From the human T2T-CHM13v2.0 reference genome, Homo sapiens, in the NCBI RefSeq assembly GCF_009914755.1, contig NC_060929.1: DNA of 64,000 nucleotides. One strand, given 5' to 3'. The notes under the pieces are model-generated. The model searched no databases. It was not told where the DNA came from and saw only the letters and a program-made list of their open reading frames with translations. Position numbers and translations under genes: made by a program. Below are positions 42,973-56,477 of the stretch, in pieces; position 1 is the stretch's first letter, and every line of letters begins with the position of its first letter.

Positions 42973-43624
42973 CCCAATTAAAACAAGGAAAAATGCTGCA
43001 AAGTTTCAGAAGTCCTTATATTTAATTAGTGCTTAAAGTTCACAAGTTAATTTTACAACCTTTGTTTCTAACCCTTAAAATAAATTCGTAAGGCACACAG
43101 ACACCCATGTTGAAGATGAGGAACGTTCAGAAAGTTTCAGGGCCGTGCCACAGTTTGGCATGGTTTGTGACAGAACAGCCATTGGGCAGCTTTTGGTGAC
43201 CTGGGTTAGTGCCTGACACCCCCACTCCAAGTAATTTCCACCAGAAAGAAGTTATCGCATATGTCCCATGAAAAATATTCTTTCCCCTTTGTCCAGGGGT
43301 TCTATGATGAGCCTCAGGTGGGAGGCTGGGAGGGAGATGCAAAATAGCCAGGGAACTGGGGTGGGATCTATGATGGGGCTTGAACTCTTCTCTTCCTTTG
43401 ACCAGAGACGTTCTCTATCAATTTGCTTTATATAGTTAACTATCCCATAAGAGTCTACTTGAAGAAAGGAGTTCTGTGGCTTCAAAATATTTCAAAACTA
43501 TATCTTTATTCCACATAGATATTGTGCCATTTTGAGGTTTTTATACTTTTTGTGCTCAGACATTTGAGGAACCAGTGATTAAGATAAAGACAAAAAAGGA
43601 AAGTGGAGCAGGGTTTTAAGAGTG

Positions 43625-45303
43625 CATATGCCACTGGGGTTGAGAATCTCTGCTTTAAAATGTGTGGTGACAACCTCTCTCATGTTCCAGCTACCCAACT
43701 GGGAAGTTATAAGGGGTTTGATGATTCCAGCCAGCACATTTGGCTCAATTACCTTCAGCTAAAAAAGTAGACTAGCAGCATTGCTGACAGCAGCTTAGAA
43801 AGTGACCTCTGAACTACCAGAAATTTACAGAGCCAAGTTCATGCGACTCTAAATGTTAGCGGTCAGCCTGAATTCCCAGCTCATCACCTATCACACACAC
43901 ACACGCGCGCACACACACACAGACACACACACACAGAGACACACACACACAATAAGCACATATTTGTTAAGGAATTGAAAGGAAAAAGGATTCGTTAGGA
44001 GACAGGGGGTTAGAAGTATCTTCAAACACGATATCTCTCATCTTCCCATTCAACTTACTCTGGAAGTGAATGTTTTCATGTTTTCCTTTGCCTCCCAAAA
44101 GAAAGTCAGGATACAGATTTAACCAAGGGGTAAAGCAGGTACCCAAGGCAACTGGTACAGGGTGCAGAAGTGGTTAGAATGGCCCCTGTGACACCTGCCA
44201 GGCCGTTCCCTAGTAGAGAGATCTCTGGGTTGTGCAAGGTTATGGACCAGTAGGCTGATTTACCTACCTTTTCTGAGTGCCACAGAGAGAAACCCATCCC
44301 CAGGTATGCAACCCCATCCCTGAGATGCGCCATTGCACTCCAGCCTGGAGTGTCAATCCCTGAGATGGGGTTGACACTCAGGTAGTGGGGAATACTCCTT
44401 GAGTTACACAAGACAGACACCACTCCACTTCACTTCAACTGAATTAATTTTTAGAAAAAATGGAAAATAGGGCAGAAAACCAATGTACAACAATCATGAT
44501 GGTTTTGGTATTGATAGTATATAAGCTTGGATGTTCTCCTAATACTCTTCTTTTCTCAAAGCTTCACCAGGCATCTATTGTGCATTATTTTACATGTGTG
44601 TCATGTCACAATTCACCAGCTGGCTAATATTTACCAATAATTAGAAAAGTAACCAACTATGTCTATGTGACACTTCTGGTATCAAACCTAATAGTTCTTC
44701 CTAAGATGAACTTGTTAGGACACCCCAACAACTGCCTGTGGAACCTGACAAAGTAGACATCCCACTGGTAGTGAGACTTTCCGTTTTTAGGACAATTGTA
44801 GGTCTTAGAAGTAAGATGTCCAGATTTCCTAAGAAAGACAAATAAATAGATCTCATTACAGGCATTTTCTGGAATTTATTAATCACTTGGGATATTCACA
44901 TATGCACACCCTCAAACAGATACACATACATACACCCATATGTTTTCTTATGTCACTTCTGATTCTATGCTCTAAAGGTGTTTGCATATACCTTCACTAC
45001 AGCCCTACTGCACAGTCTAGTGGTGTCTGTGTCTGTTTCTAACAGGAATTCAGAGTAGGTGACTGAGAATTTAAAGCTGAAGGCCATGGCATAAGACGTG
45101 GACTATTTCAAAATATCTACTGTTTGCTTTTTCAGCTGAAGGTAGTCTACTAGTCTACCTTTTCAACTGAAAGCAATTGAGCCAAATGTGATGGCTGGAA
45201 TCATCAACCACCTTATGACTACCCAGTTGGGTAGCTGTAACATGATAAAGGAGGTTGTCACCATACATTCTGGAGCAGAGGTTCTCAACCTTGATGGCAC
45301 ATG
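43625..45303. repeat. Long inverted repeat A (arms 43625-43775 and 45150-45303)
   Basis: About 150-bp arms, roughly 80-85% identical by hand alignment; exact blocks cagctacccaactggg, ttgatgattccagcca, cacatttggctcaatt. Confidence 0.92.
43892..43951. repeat. Interrupted (CA)n microsatellite
   Basis: cacacacacacacgcgcgcacacacacacagacacac... Confidence 0.9.
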
Positions 45304-45990
45304 AGTGTGCCTGTAGTTTATCAGCCCAACCCTACAACCATCTCTAGGAGTAGAGCCAAGTCATCAGGGTTGCCAAAAAGATCTTCATCTGATTCCAAAG
45401 TACAGCCAAGCAATCACTCTTCTAGAAATAGCTATCATCTGCCAACAAAAAGGGTGATTGGGAACTAATTCATGAAACACATTTTATGCTTTATTTCTTG
45501 CTAACAAAATAAATATCCTAGATGAAAAATTTATCCTTTATAAATCTAAGTTACCATGAGAAAATTTGACCAAGCCTGATTCTGGTTTCTGTCAAAATTA
45601 GGTACATAATATAAATAGAACAAAGTTTAAACACTGCTCTCTCACATGAGCTCGGAGGTAGATAATATGTCTTTGTGATAAAAGAATACTACATTTAACA
45701 TTTATAATTCATTTTCACTGCCATGAAAGATAAATTGCTCAATCACTGGTAATTCTAAGTTTCTTGACTTTTATATTAGGTGATAGAAAACCAGTGTGAG
45801 TGTCTGGTTCCCAAAACCCTTCTCTTATAATCTGCTTCTTTTCTTTTTTCCCCTCCTATGAAAGTTTGGTGTTGAGGATTAAGATTTATAAAGAAGTGGA
45901 TCTAGAAATATCTAACATTTTTAAGGAACAGTAGGTGTTTAAAATAGCCAGTGTCTTATGCCATGGCCTTCAGCTTTAAATTCTTAGTCA
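45060..45990. repeat. Inverted repeat B (arms 45060-45129 and 45923-45990)
   Basis: tgactgagaatttaaagctgaaggccatggcataagac (45060-45097) vs gtcttatgccatggccttcagctttaaattcttagtca (45953-45990): 37/38 complementary, with a looser inner extension. Confidence 0.95.
45275..45425. mobile_element. MER5-family MITE
   Basis: agcagaggttctcaaccttg...tgattccaaagtacagccaag...aatcactcttctag. Confidence 0.7.
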
Positions 45991-47064
45991 ATGTTTAAAA
46001 AGGCATGACTTGTGTAAATGTCCAAGTATTTATCTTTTTATTCAAGCCCAGAAGTGTTTTTTCTACTTTTTGGAAAGAGACATGGTAGAGATGTTTGCTA
46101 TTTAGAACACTTCTTGCTGGTAAGAAAGCCTCCAAGTTTAGAATGGAGCAAAGAAAGACCCCAGAGAATTGATATCATAGAGCTGTAAAGCAGGCAAAAA
46201 AAAAAAAAAAAAAAGAAAAAGAAAAGAAAAACACTAGTTGCAGACATCACTTTAAAATGAGAGGATAAATTGGCTTTGTCAGATTTGATGGATGTGCCAT
46301 AAATGGAAAGCCAGATTTGTCTCCTAGAAAATAACGATTAGTCTTTGGTTGGTAACTACCTTCTGTGAAATACATTTCTCTTTTTTAAAAAATTGAATAT
46401 AAGGCCAATGGTCTGGGCAGGATATTGGGAGGGTTGACCTCACTGATTCTAACCGTTTGATTGATGACCGCCCAATCACTTTGTCTTTACAGTGGTAGAA
46501 AAGGACATTGCTCCCTCACTCCTCTAGACACTATGTTAATTAATTCATTAGTCTGATAAATCTACTGATGTTACCCTTATTTTCTGGAAGAGCAAGGAGA
46601 CATAAATCTAGAAATAGTCTCAAAACTGAGCTGAGAGATTCTTTTTATAAAGTAGCATCCCTCCTGCATAGCCAGACAATGATAAAAAAGAAGAGTCCTG
46701 CTTTATTTGAAAGAAATAGAATATATTCCCTTTTATTATAATGTAAAATATTTTGATTCCTTCTTTCCTGGAGAAGTTAGAAATCTATCAAGATTCCAGA
46801 GGTTTTCTGTTTTCAGTGCTGATTGTGAACATAATCAAGAAGTTTAAAAGGCTCTGCATAGAAAGGATCTCTCCTTGCCCACTCAACTTTAGACCCCTCC
46901 CTCCATCACATCAGACATACAGCATGTTTGTGATTCATAATCTCTACCTTTTCTGCATTCCTGTTGCCACGATTTAAAATGTTTTTATCTACAAAATTAT
47001 TTATCATCTTGATTTATTTCTTTCGATCTGCTTGATTACTAACCTTCAGAGACTTGGAGAATAA

Positions 47065-47850
<786 letters not shown>

Positions 47851-47859
47851 ACTTCACTA

Positions 47860-50800
47860 CTATCTTTCAGAGAGACTCCTGAGTAGGGTTCTAGTGCTTC
47901 TGGATCCAATTCTGGCTTGCAATCACATATGAAGCCAACTCATCTGTGAACCAATTTCACCCTTTATCCTCCTCAGTCAGCAGGAAATAAGGGAATCACC
48001 TCCCCCGAACCCTTTCCACATGTGGCCATAGGTGAGACTAGAGGGAAAGCCATAGATACAATATTGATGAAAGACATGAGAATCTGAGACACCTGATTTG
48101 CAGCTTGCTTCTGTGCTATGGCCTTGCTTGTGCCCAATCCTAGATGTACCATTTACCGCAGGGCTTACTAGACTTTATGAAATGGTAGGTCTGAGAGAAC
48201 TCAGCTCAAGATGGGCTCAGGATGGGGTCATGGCTATGTAGTCACTTCATACACCATGGTCAGAACTCCATCTCTACCAGGGCCCAGGAACATACCAGTC
48301 GATATGGTGGATAATTTTCCTCTGCTGAGGGCAGAGTTTTGTTCTGAGACTCTGAGACTTGTTTTCCTCTGGAGGAGAGCTTGCACTACAACCGAGACCT
48401 GCTGTAGAACATTTTCCTGCTCTGGGTCCCATGCAAACCTGGAAGCCTTCCAAGTCATTCAGTTAATGAATTGAAGCAATACTCCCATGTGTGTGAAATA
48501 TGCTGCCTCCAGACCATAAATAAGCTAACAGGTGTTGTGATTGCTTTTTAATGGTGTAAGAGGCAAGATGAAATAATTTATCCTTTACTTTGAAGAGGAG
48601 ATTCAGGTATTCTGTAAGACACTGGATCCTAAAAGCCTCATTGATGTGGCAGGCCCCCGAATCTTTGCATGGTTTATCTCTCAAATACATGTGTCTTATA
48701 ATGATCAATAAATTTTTCACAACCTGCTTATCTGGTCTAATTTGGAAGATGTCATTAATATAGTAAATTAGTTCAATTTTTGCAGAATGTCCAGAGAATC
48801 CACAACATCCTTTCAGACTATATTATGACAAAGAATGGGAAAGCTACAGCCCTAGAGAAAAATCATAAATGTGTACTGTTGTCTTTAATGGAAGTGAACA
48901 CCTTCTGGTCCTGCCCCATGATAGGAAGGGAAGAAAATGTGTTCTTAAGACCCATGATCACATATCACATACCTAAGACTGTGTTAATCTGCTCTATCAA
49001 AAATACACAGGAGCAGTAATTGAGACTTCTTTATTATTGAGTCCACTGTCATTTTTCAAGATCCTTCTCATCTTCATAGGGTCCACACCAGAGAATAAAA
49101 TGAAGATATTATGGAACAATGGCCACTGCATCTCTTTAGATAACACCAGGCTATGCCATAAAGATATAATATTGGTTTTGATTTACTATGTCTAATGGTT
49201 GATTTTATGTGTCAACTTGACTGGGCCATAGGGTGCCCAGATATCTCATTAAACATAATTCTGGGTATGTCAGTGAAGCTGTTTGGGATGAGATTAACGT
49301 TTAAATCAGTAGACTGAGTAAAATAGATTGCCCTCTCCTATGTGCGTGGGTCTCATCTAATCTGTTGAAGGCCAGACTTGAACAAAATTTGAGTGGGGTT
49401 TTAACTTTTCCATTAGGGCATATTCTCTCAGCCTCCTTGATATCTTTTGATTATATGGATTAAGCAATATATTTGTTCACTGCCCATCTATCTTTCCCTT
49501 AGCAAAGTGGTCCTCTATTAAACGCATCTATGCCTCTCTGTGCATCCACACATCCTGGCTACCTCTCTGACTGTGATGCTCATGATAAATGTGCTCACCT
49601 TGCTTCTGATGACCAAGTGCTGCTACCTGGTCTCCATTAGTTCTGGATCCTTTCATTTCCATTCCCATCAGGAAGCTTGGTTTTACAGTAGCATTTTATA
49701 CATCAGCCCTCACCTACAGAGGAAAGACACCATTGAACTTCTTACCAGTGCATTTCTTATCGCTTTGGTAAATGGTGCATACACCAGACACTTCCATTAA
49801 CATAGTCAGCTGGGTTTTTTTTGTTTGTTTGTTTTTTGGTTTTTGTTTTGTTTTGTTTTGTTTTTTGCCTCATGCAGTATATTCACTCAAGCAATTCAGC
49901 TTTTGTAAGCTGTTTGATCCCTTCTCCTCCATTATCTATAGTGGCTCTCACACTTCTACTCTACTTGCTATGGGCCATTGCTTTTTCCAAGCTTCCAAGA
50001 GCCAACCCAGCAATCTGTTAGTAACACCTAGCAATGTAGTATCAATGCTATATCACAGGAGCATATTCTCATATTAACAAACTCTTTCCTATTCAACTTT
50101 ATATTACATGTACCTTAATCCAAAACCTTCAGGATACAGTCCACACATACACTCCTGGCTCCTATGAGGCCACATTAGCAAGGTCCTGCAGTTCCTTTGA
50201 GAATTTCTTCCATAAAGGCCTGGAAATTTTATGTCCAGGTAATGTTGTGACCCAATCTTATTCATTGTTCTCGTGGCCAAGAGTGGAGTTGGAGATAGAT
50301 CTTAATAGGGGTGTTTCTTGCAAGACAGACATATTTTATCACTCAAGCAAGAAAAGAGTGCTGGTCTTTTTCAGGAAGAAAAAGAGGGTGCCTTCCACAA
50401 TCCAAAAGGTTCAAAAGAATCTGTAAATTCAAGGTGTTTGAGTGTATTGATCTAAATGTCCCCACCCTAAGTCTCAGGGTCTCACTCTTTTCCAACCAGA
50501 TTTTGTGATAGCAGTCTCAGTGGTGCTGAAAATTCAGTGTTCTCTAGAGATTCTAAACCTCAGTATTTTCTGCCTCTGGCTGAGTCGATGAGGATCTCTA
50601 TATGTGGCCCTCTGCTTTTTATACTTTTTCTTATTTAGGCAATAAGTTTTAAGTTAACTTTCTTTAATGCACTCCTAGTCCTTAGCAGAAATCATCCAAC
50701 GCAGTACGCTTTTCATTATCACTTGCCCTGAACCTCCCACATGCCTGGGATATTACACCTGCCAGTGTATTTCCTTTCACCACAGATCCCACTCCCGTTC

Positions 50801-50941
50801 ACTATCAGTAAAAGTTTTAACAATTCAACACTAGTGGCTGGGGCCTATTACTACTCCACTCATAATCATTACCTACCAGCTATTTGGGAATTCAGTTTCA
50901 AAATCTATTTTAGTGGCTCCATGGGTCACTATTGTACTAAT
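47860..50941 (-). mobile_element. Decayed class III ERV internal region (HERV16/ERVL-type gag-pol relic)
   Basis: Minus-strand peptides WKASRFAWDPEQENVLQQV and FKVKDKLFHLA...KKQSQHL resemble ERV-L Pol; YIND (decayed YIDD) at 48751-48762; adjacent LTR16A. Confidence 0.8.
49188..49390 (+). mobile_element. MLT2 (MLT2B-like) LTR 5' fragment nested in ERV internal region
   Basis: atggttgattttatgtgtcaacttgactgggccatagggtgcccagatat...agtagactgagtaaa...gattgccctc. Confidence 0.85.
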
Positions 50942-51035
50942 TGTCCTAGGTCAAGCTGTCAGGGAAATAGACTCTGAGATGGAGTTTTATATGTAGTTGT
51001 GTATTGGAGAATGTTATCAGGAATAACACATTTGA

Positions 51036-51084
<49 letters not shown>

Positions 51085-51422
51085 CAGAATTGCACAGAGG
51101 GAGAGGTTAACCTGCAAAGCGATGCCAATATTGGACTTCTCAAACAATGCCATGGAGAGATTTGAGGTTGAGATGGCCTTTCTGAGACATCCTAAATGGA
51201 ACAAGCAGGCTGGCCTTTACATACCTACACTGACCAGTCACTGGAAGTGGACTGTCCCTGGGAGAGACATAACCTTGGATGAAGCAGCTTTATTCAACTA
51301 AGGGTGATTTCTTGGGAGGAATTCCGCTATGAGCTTTCAGCAGGGTCAACATTCTTGGCAGCTAGGGGAGTGAGTATCTCTATCCTACAGGGGAATCTGG
51401 GAGTTATACAGCATCTGCTCGA
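50942..51422 (-). mobile_element. LTR16A-type LTR (5' LTR of the relic provirus)
   Basis: agactctgagatggag...cagagggagaggtt...gatggcc...tgaccagtcactgga...aaccttgg...ggcagctagggg. Confidence 0.8.
51037..51081. repeat. (CA)n microsatellite, about 22 units
   Basis: Pure AC run inside LTR16A. Confidence 0.97.
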
Positions 51423-52219
51423 ACTAGCTTTAAGCTAATTAGCTAACCAACTCACCAAAGAAAAGTAAAAGACACGGAGAATTTTATTCTAAATTCTCGA
51501 GGATCCAAAAAGGGTTTTTGATCTTTTATTCTTTGCAGAGAATCTTATCTTCACAATAGGGAGGAAGGGGGAAAAGGAGTCAAATGAACTAATAATTATC
51601 TGCTCTTTCATTTTTTAAATGAGGTTCCAGCTAAATTCATTTCAGGCCCAAGGCTAAAATGTTTTTGTTTTGTTGAGAACCCACTTATATTATGTGGGTA
51701 AGTCACTGGAAAAGATTAGAAAGTTGGAAAGTAAATTTGTACAGCCTTTTGAGGATCATAGGAATCTAGGATTTGTGTTGAATCACCCACTGTGACCACA
51801 GGTCATAAAATCTCTGGTATGAACACATGCTTCTGTTTCAATAGTGGACAAAGTCAATACCTGCTGTACAACAATGAGAATCCTTATGGAGATTTGATTC
51901 ACCTCTCATTACTCTTTCCAGTGTGGCTCACTTTAGCTGAGTCTGAACAAAGAGTAAAATTGCTTTTTTATAGATTTTAAAGTGTGGAAGAAATTACCTT
52001 TGTTTTTAAAGACTTATTTAAAGGAATTAAAGTCAAAATTAGAACAAATTAGTTAAAGCTGTGGGTATGAATAATATCAATTAGATAAAGATCAACTTTT
52101 ACCTTCATTACCAGATATCTTATTTTGATGTTTCTTAAAATAAAAAATTAAGGAGATAAGGAAAAAATTTTAAGTCCAATAATACTTGAACAAAAATGTA
52201 AATAAATGCAATATAGTGA

Positions 52220-52543
<324 letters not shown>

Positions 52544-52840
52544 AATTATCTCTTTCTTGAAGCACTTTCTTCACTTGGCCTCTGGGACACCACCACTCTC
52601 CTCGTGTTGCTCCTAGCTTACCAGACACTCCTTTGCTGTCTTCTTTGTTGGGGTTTCCTTTTATTTCCGATGTCTACACACACATATGGCTTAATAAGTG
52701 TATCTTAGTCTGTTTCATGCTTTAAATACTTTCTACAACTCTCAAGTGTCCATCTTTATTCCGACCTCTTGATTGTATTTCTGATTCACACATTCAACTA
52801 GTTACCTAGATTCACTGTTTGAATGTTTAAGAGACATGTC

Positions 52841-53048
52841 AATAATTTATTGTGTATTATCAAATAGCTAGAAGAATGGATTTTGAATGTTCTCAACATA
52901 AAGAAATAAGAAATACTTAAGGCAATGAATGTGTAATTACTCGGATTTGATAATTATACATTGTATACAAGTATTGAAATATCACACTATACTCCATAAA
53001 TACGGATAGTTATTATGCATCAGTTTAAAACAATAAATTAAATTAAAG
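52841..53048 (+). mobile_element. L1MA 3' end
   Basis: aataatttattgt...caaatagctagaagaatggattttgaatgttctcaaca...atcacactatactccataaata. Confidence 0.85.
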
Positions 53049-53082
53049 GCATGCCAAATGAACATGTCAAAACCCACTCTTG

Positions 53083-53211
53083 CTCTGGTGCGGTGGCTCA
53101 CACCTGTCATCTCAATGTTTTGGGAGGCCAAGGTGGGAGGATCACTTGAGACAGGAGTTCAAGACCAGCCTGGGAAACATAGTGAGACTTCTTGTGCACC
53201 GAAAAAGAAAA
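53083..53211 (+). mobile_element. FLAM_C / Alu left monomer
   Basis: ggtggctcacacctgt...ggaggatcacttgag...caagaccagcctggg...catagtgagac followed by A-rich tail. Confidence 0.85.
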
Positions 53212-53512
53212 TGCACACACACAAACACAAACACACGAACTCTATTCTTAATTTTCTTCACCCAAACCTGCTACCCTACCAGTCAACCAATACATTTTTC
53301 TAATTTTAGGGAATAACAACTCCTTTCATCTAATTGCTCAAACCAAAAATGTTAATGTCTTCTTTGACTTCTTTCTCTCTCTCTCTCTCATCTAAAACTC
53401 CAACAACAAAAATTCCTCTTAGCTGTGACTTCAAGAAAAAGTTATACGCCCAGGATTTAATGAAGAGCCAAACTGACCTTCAGATAAAAAATACTGGAGC
53501 AAACCATATGAT

Positions 53513-53870
53513 CATAAAATGATGAGTTCATGTCCTTTGTAGGGACATGGATGAAATTGGAAATCATCATTGTCAGTAAACTATCGCAAGAACAAAAAAC
53601 CAAACACCGCATATTCTCACTCATAGGTGGGAATTGAACAATGAGATCACATGGACACAGGAAGGGGAATATCACACTCTGGGGACTGTTGTGGGGTGGG
53701 GGGAGGGGGGAGGGATAGCATTGGGAGATATACCTAATGCTAGATGACGAGTTAGTGGGTGCAGCGCACCAGCATGGCACATGTATACATATGTAACTAA
53801 CCTGCACAATGTGCACATGTACCCTAGAACTTAAAGTATAATAAAAAAAAATAATAAAAAAATTAAAAAT
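53513..53870 (+). mobile_element. 5'-truncated young L1 (L1PA2-like) 3' end
   Basis: gagatcacatgg, ttgggagatatacctaatgctagatgacGAGttagtgggtgcagcgcaccagc (GAG, not the Ta ACA or preTa ACG). Confidence 0.93.
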
Positions 53871-54900
53871 AGAAACATTTTGCTAAGAGCCTTATAAATA
53901 TTGTCCAGAATAAAAGAATATTACATAGAATTGAATTTGTATTAAGAAGCAGGGAGAAGGTGAGAAAACAATCTCCCTAGAAGATTTTTTTTTTAATGAG
54001 AGGAAACCAGTAGACAACACCTAATGAAAGAGGAATTAAGAGTATTATATGAGGTGTTGTATTAAATGTAAATATTACCATAAAAATAAAAATCTTTCTA
54101 AATATCAAAAATATACTGAAAGAGAGAGGGAGGAAGAGTGAGAGAGAACAGCCTACATAGTGGTATCTATAAAATAAATGAGCTTAACATACCTATTAAA
54201 AAGAAAAACATTTTCAGGTTTTCTAACAAAGCAAAACAAAACCAAACCCAAAAGATTCAGAAAAGTTAAAAACACAAGGATACAAATATGTACACCAGAC
54301 AAATACAAAGAAACAGAAAGCAGGATATTTTTATATTTGATAAGATAGGATTCAACCTAAAATGTCTTAAAATAATTTTTTAAAAGGATACTTTATAATA
54401 CCAGAAGCTATAATTTATAAATATAAAATTGATATTAGTATTTATATGCTCAAAAAATCAACAATTTTCATAAAGCAGAAACTATAGGAAATGCAAGAAT
54501 GCAAGAAGAAATAGGTGGAAACACACAAAAAATAGAAAACGTTAACATATCACTGTCAATACAAGACAAATAGTCACACATTTAGTAAGAATATAGAAGA
54601 ACAATTTATAAGATGTATCTTATAGATATATCAAACTCTGTACACCTGTAGTAGAGAATATATGTCTTATTTTCAGGTACACAGAGAATACTCATGAATA
54701 CTGAGACAACCAAAAAATTAAAAGCTCAAAAAATACCCAAAGAATAGAAAAAATATGAATGGTACTTTCTAAACATAAGGCAATAAAATTAAGAATTACT
54801 AGCACATTTTATAGACCCTTCAACATGAAAATTATTCATAGTCTTACTTTATTAAACTCTTAGGTCCAGGAAAAAAACAGACTGAACTTACATATTTTCT
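53871..54900 (+). mobile_element. Old L1M endonuclease-region relic
   Basis: aaatgagcttaacatacctattaaaaga...tacaccagacaaatac...agaaagcagg...caaactctgtacacc...agagaatata. Confidence 0.7.
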
Positions 54901-55321
54901 CTCTCCCTAATAATAAAGTACATAAACACTTCTTGAAGTTAAGTAGGAGAAATCGACTCCAGTTTTAAATTATTGGTATATGCTAGAGGAGACCAACTGT
55001 TTTTTCTAATAAGTAAATAATGTTGAATGTGTTTTTCTTCCTTATATTTTTATATTTATTTTATATTTTTAGCTGAGTTGGTTAATATTTCATTTTTTGA
55101 ATATTTATAAAAATGTGACCTTAACAAAACCGTTCAACTACTATCGTAGTTTGCATCTTAGAGTGTAAGAAGAAATAAAATCAAACATCAACCAAGTGTC
55201 CAAAATAATGTTTCCATGACCAAAACAGAAAAGTAATGATCAAAGTTTGATTTAAATTATTACCCTGCAATGGCTTTTTTATATTGGTTGGCATTAACCA
55301 GTAAACTCACAATGTTTAAAA

Positions 55322-55492
55322 GCAATTATTTTCAAAACTTGACTGAGCATAAGATTTTCCTTTATGTGACTATTAAAAATGCAGATTCAAGTCTCCCCTC
55401 TGTAGATTCTGCTTCCATTCCACTGGGCTGTAGGCTGGGTTGAATATTAAGCCAACTCACCAAGTGATTCTTACGATAAGCAAGGTTGGCAA
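55322..55492. mobile_element. MER5/MER117-like hAT MITE
   Basis: aaacttgactgagcataag...ttaaaaatgcagattc...caagtgattcttacgataagcaagg. Confidence 0.6.
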
Positions 55493-55711
55493 AAGTCAAA
55501 TCAAGGAGTGATCCTGTTACCATCCTAATGGGCTCACTTTAATGAATCCCAGGAGATGGAGAGAAGGAAGGCTTGCATGGAAAAGGGAGCTTTTACCGTC
55601 ACTCAGCCTCAACATCTGGATCGGAACTGAGGTGGGAGAGTGAAAGGTAAAGTTAGATAATTATGATTTGAATCAAAAGAATCTCTCCTCTAAAAAACAG
55701 AAAGTTATATA

Positions 55712-55862
55712 CAAGTGGTTCTACAACTTGAATGAAAATCAAAATCCCCTAGGGTAAAACTCAGTGCAGCAGAACTGGGGCTTGGCCATGTGTTTTTTTA
55801 AACAAACACCCTAGGTAATTCTGATGCAGATGGTCCACAGGCCTCACTTTGAGAAAGACTTC
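55712..55862. mobile_element. MER5A-like MITE
   Basis: agtggttct...ttttaaacaaacaccctaggtaattctgatgcagatggtccacaggcctcactttgagaaa. Confidence 0.75.
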
Positions 55863-56477
55863 TATAAATTACTTTTCAGACACATAATAATCATCAGCCT
55901 CCTCAAGCCTTTCCTGATGAATTCACTTGTCTTTCTCTTACTCTCCAGACTTGTTCAGCAGGAGTTTGTATGTGTGTTCTCTCTCTCCAAATATACTCAA
56001 AATTTGTTTAACAATGATGATGTATTTTATCTATTAGAACTCCCACATAGTAGATGTTAATGATACCTTGCAGATTGATTTCTTAACTAACATTTACCAA
56101 ACACTATGTGTAAGAAAGGCATGGAGCTAAATGCTGAGTAAATGATATTTGATGATAGATGCTCCTTTGTTTCTCAGATGGCTTAATGTGTTTGGAAAGA
56201 GAGGAGGGGAGCCCAAGTGTAGACCAGTGTTTTCTTGTGTGTATTCCTTGAATGTGTGCATGTTTCCCACTTAGGCTCACACTCACAGCACAGCCAGGGC
56301 TAAGGCTATTTGCAATTTTGGATGAGTATGGAAGGAGGATAAGTCCAGTGTACGTGTGATGCCTTTGCCCCTTCTTGTAGTGAAATACTATGAGCACCAT
56401 GAATAGCAATTGCATGATGCTTCAGAGATGTGGGTTCTAGGAGAAATTCCAGATGTCTGGCATCATCTCTTCCTAAT

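Larger units (their letters stand above)
52544..53400 (+). mobile_element. L2a fragment interrupted by L1MA end and FLAM
   Basis: ttcttgaagcactttcttcacttggc...aacatgtcaaaac...tctaattgctcaaaccaaaa. Confidence 0.7.

Noticed and set aside
53513-53870. L1HS-Ta (active subfamily) call or unusual TSD-less insertion
   Set aside because: Carries GAG rather than ACA/ACG; A-rich flanks make a short TSD unresolvable by eye
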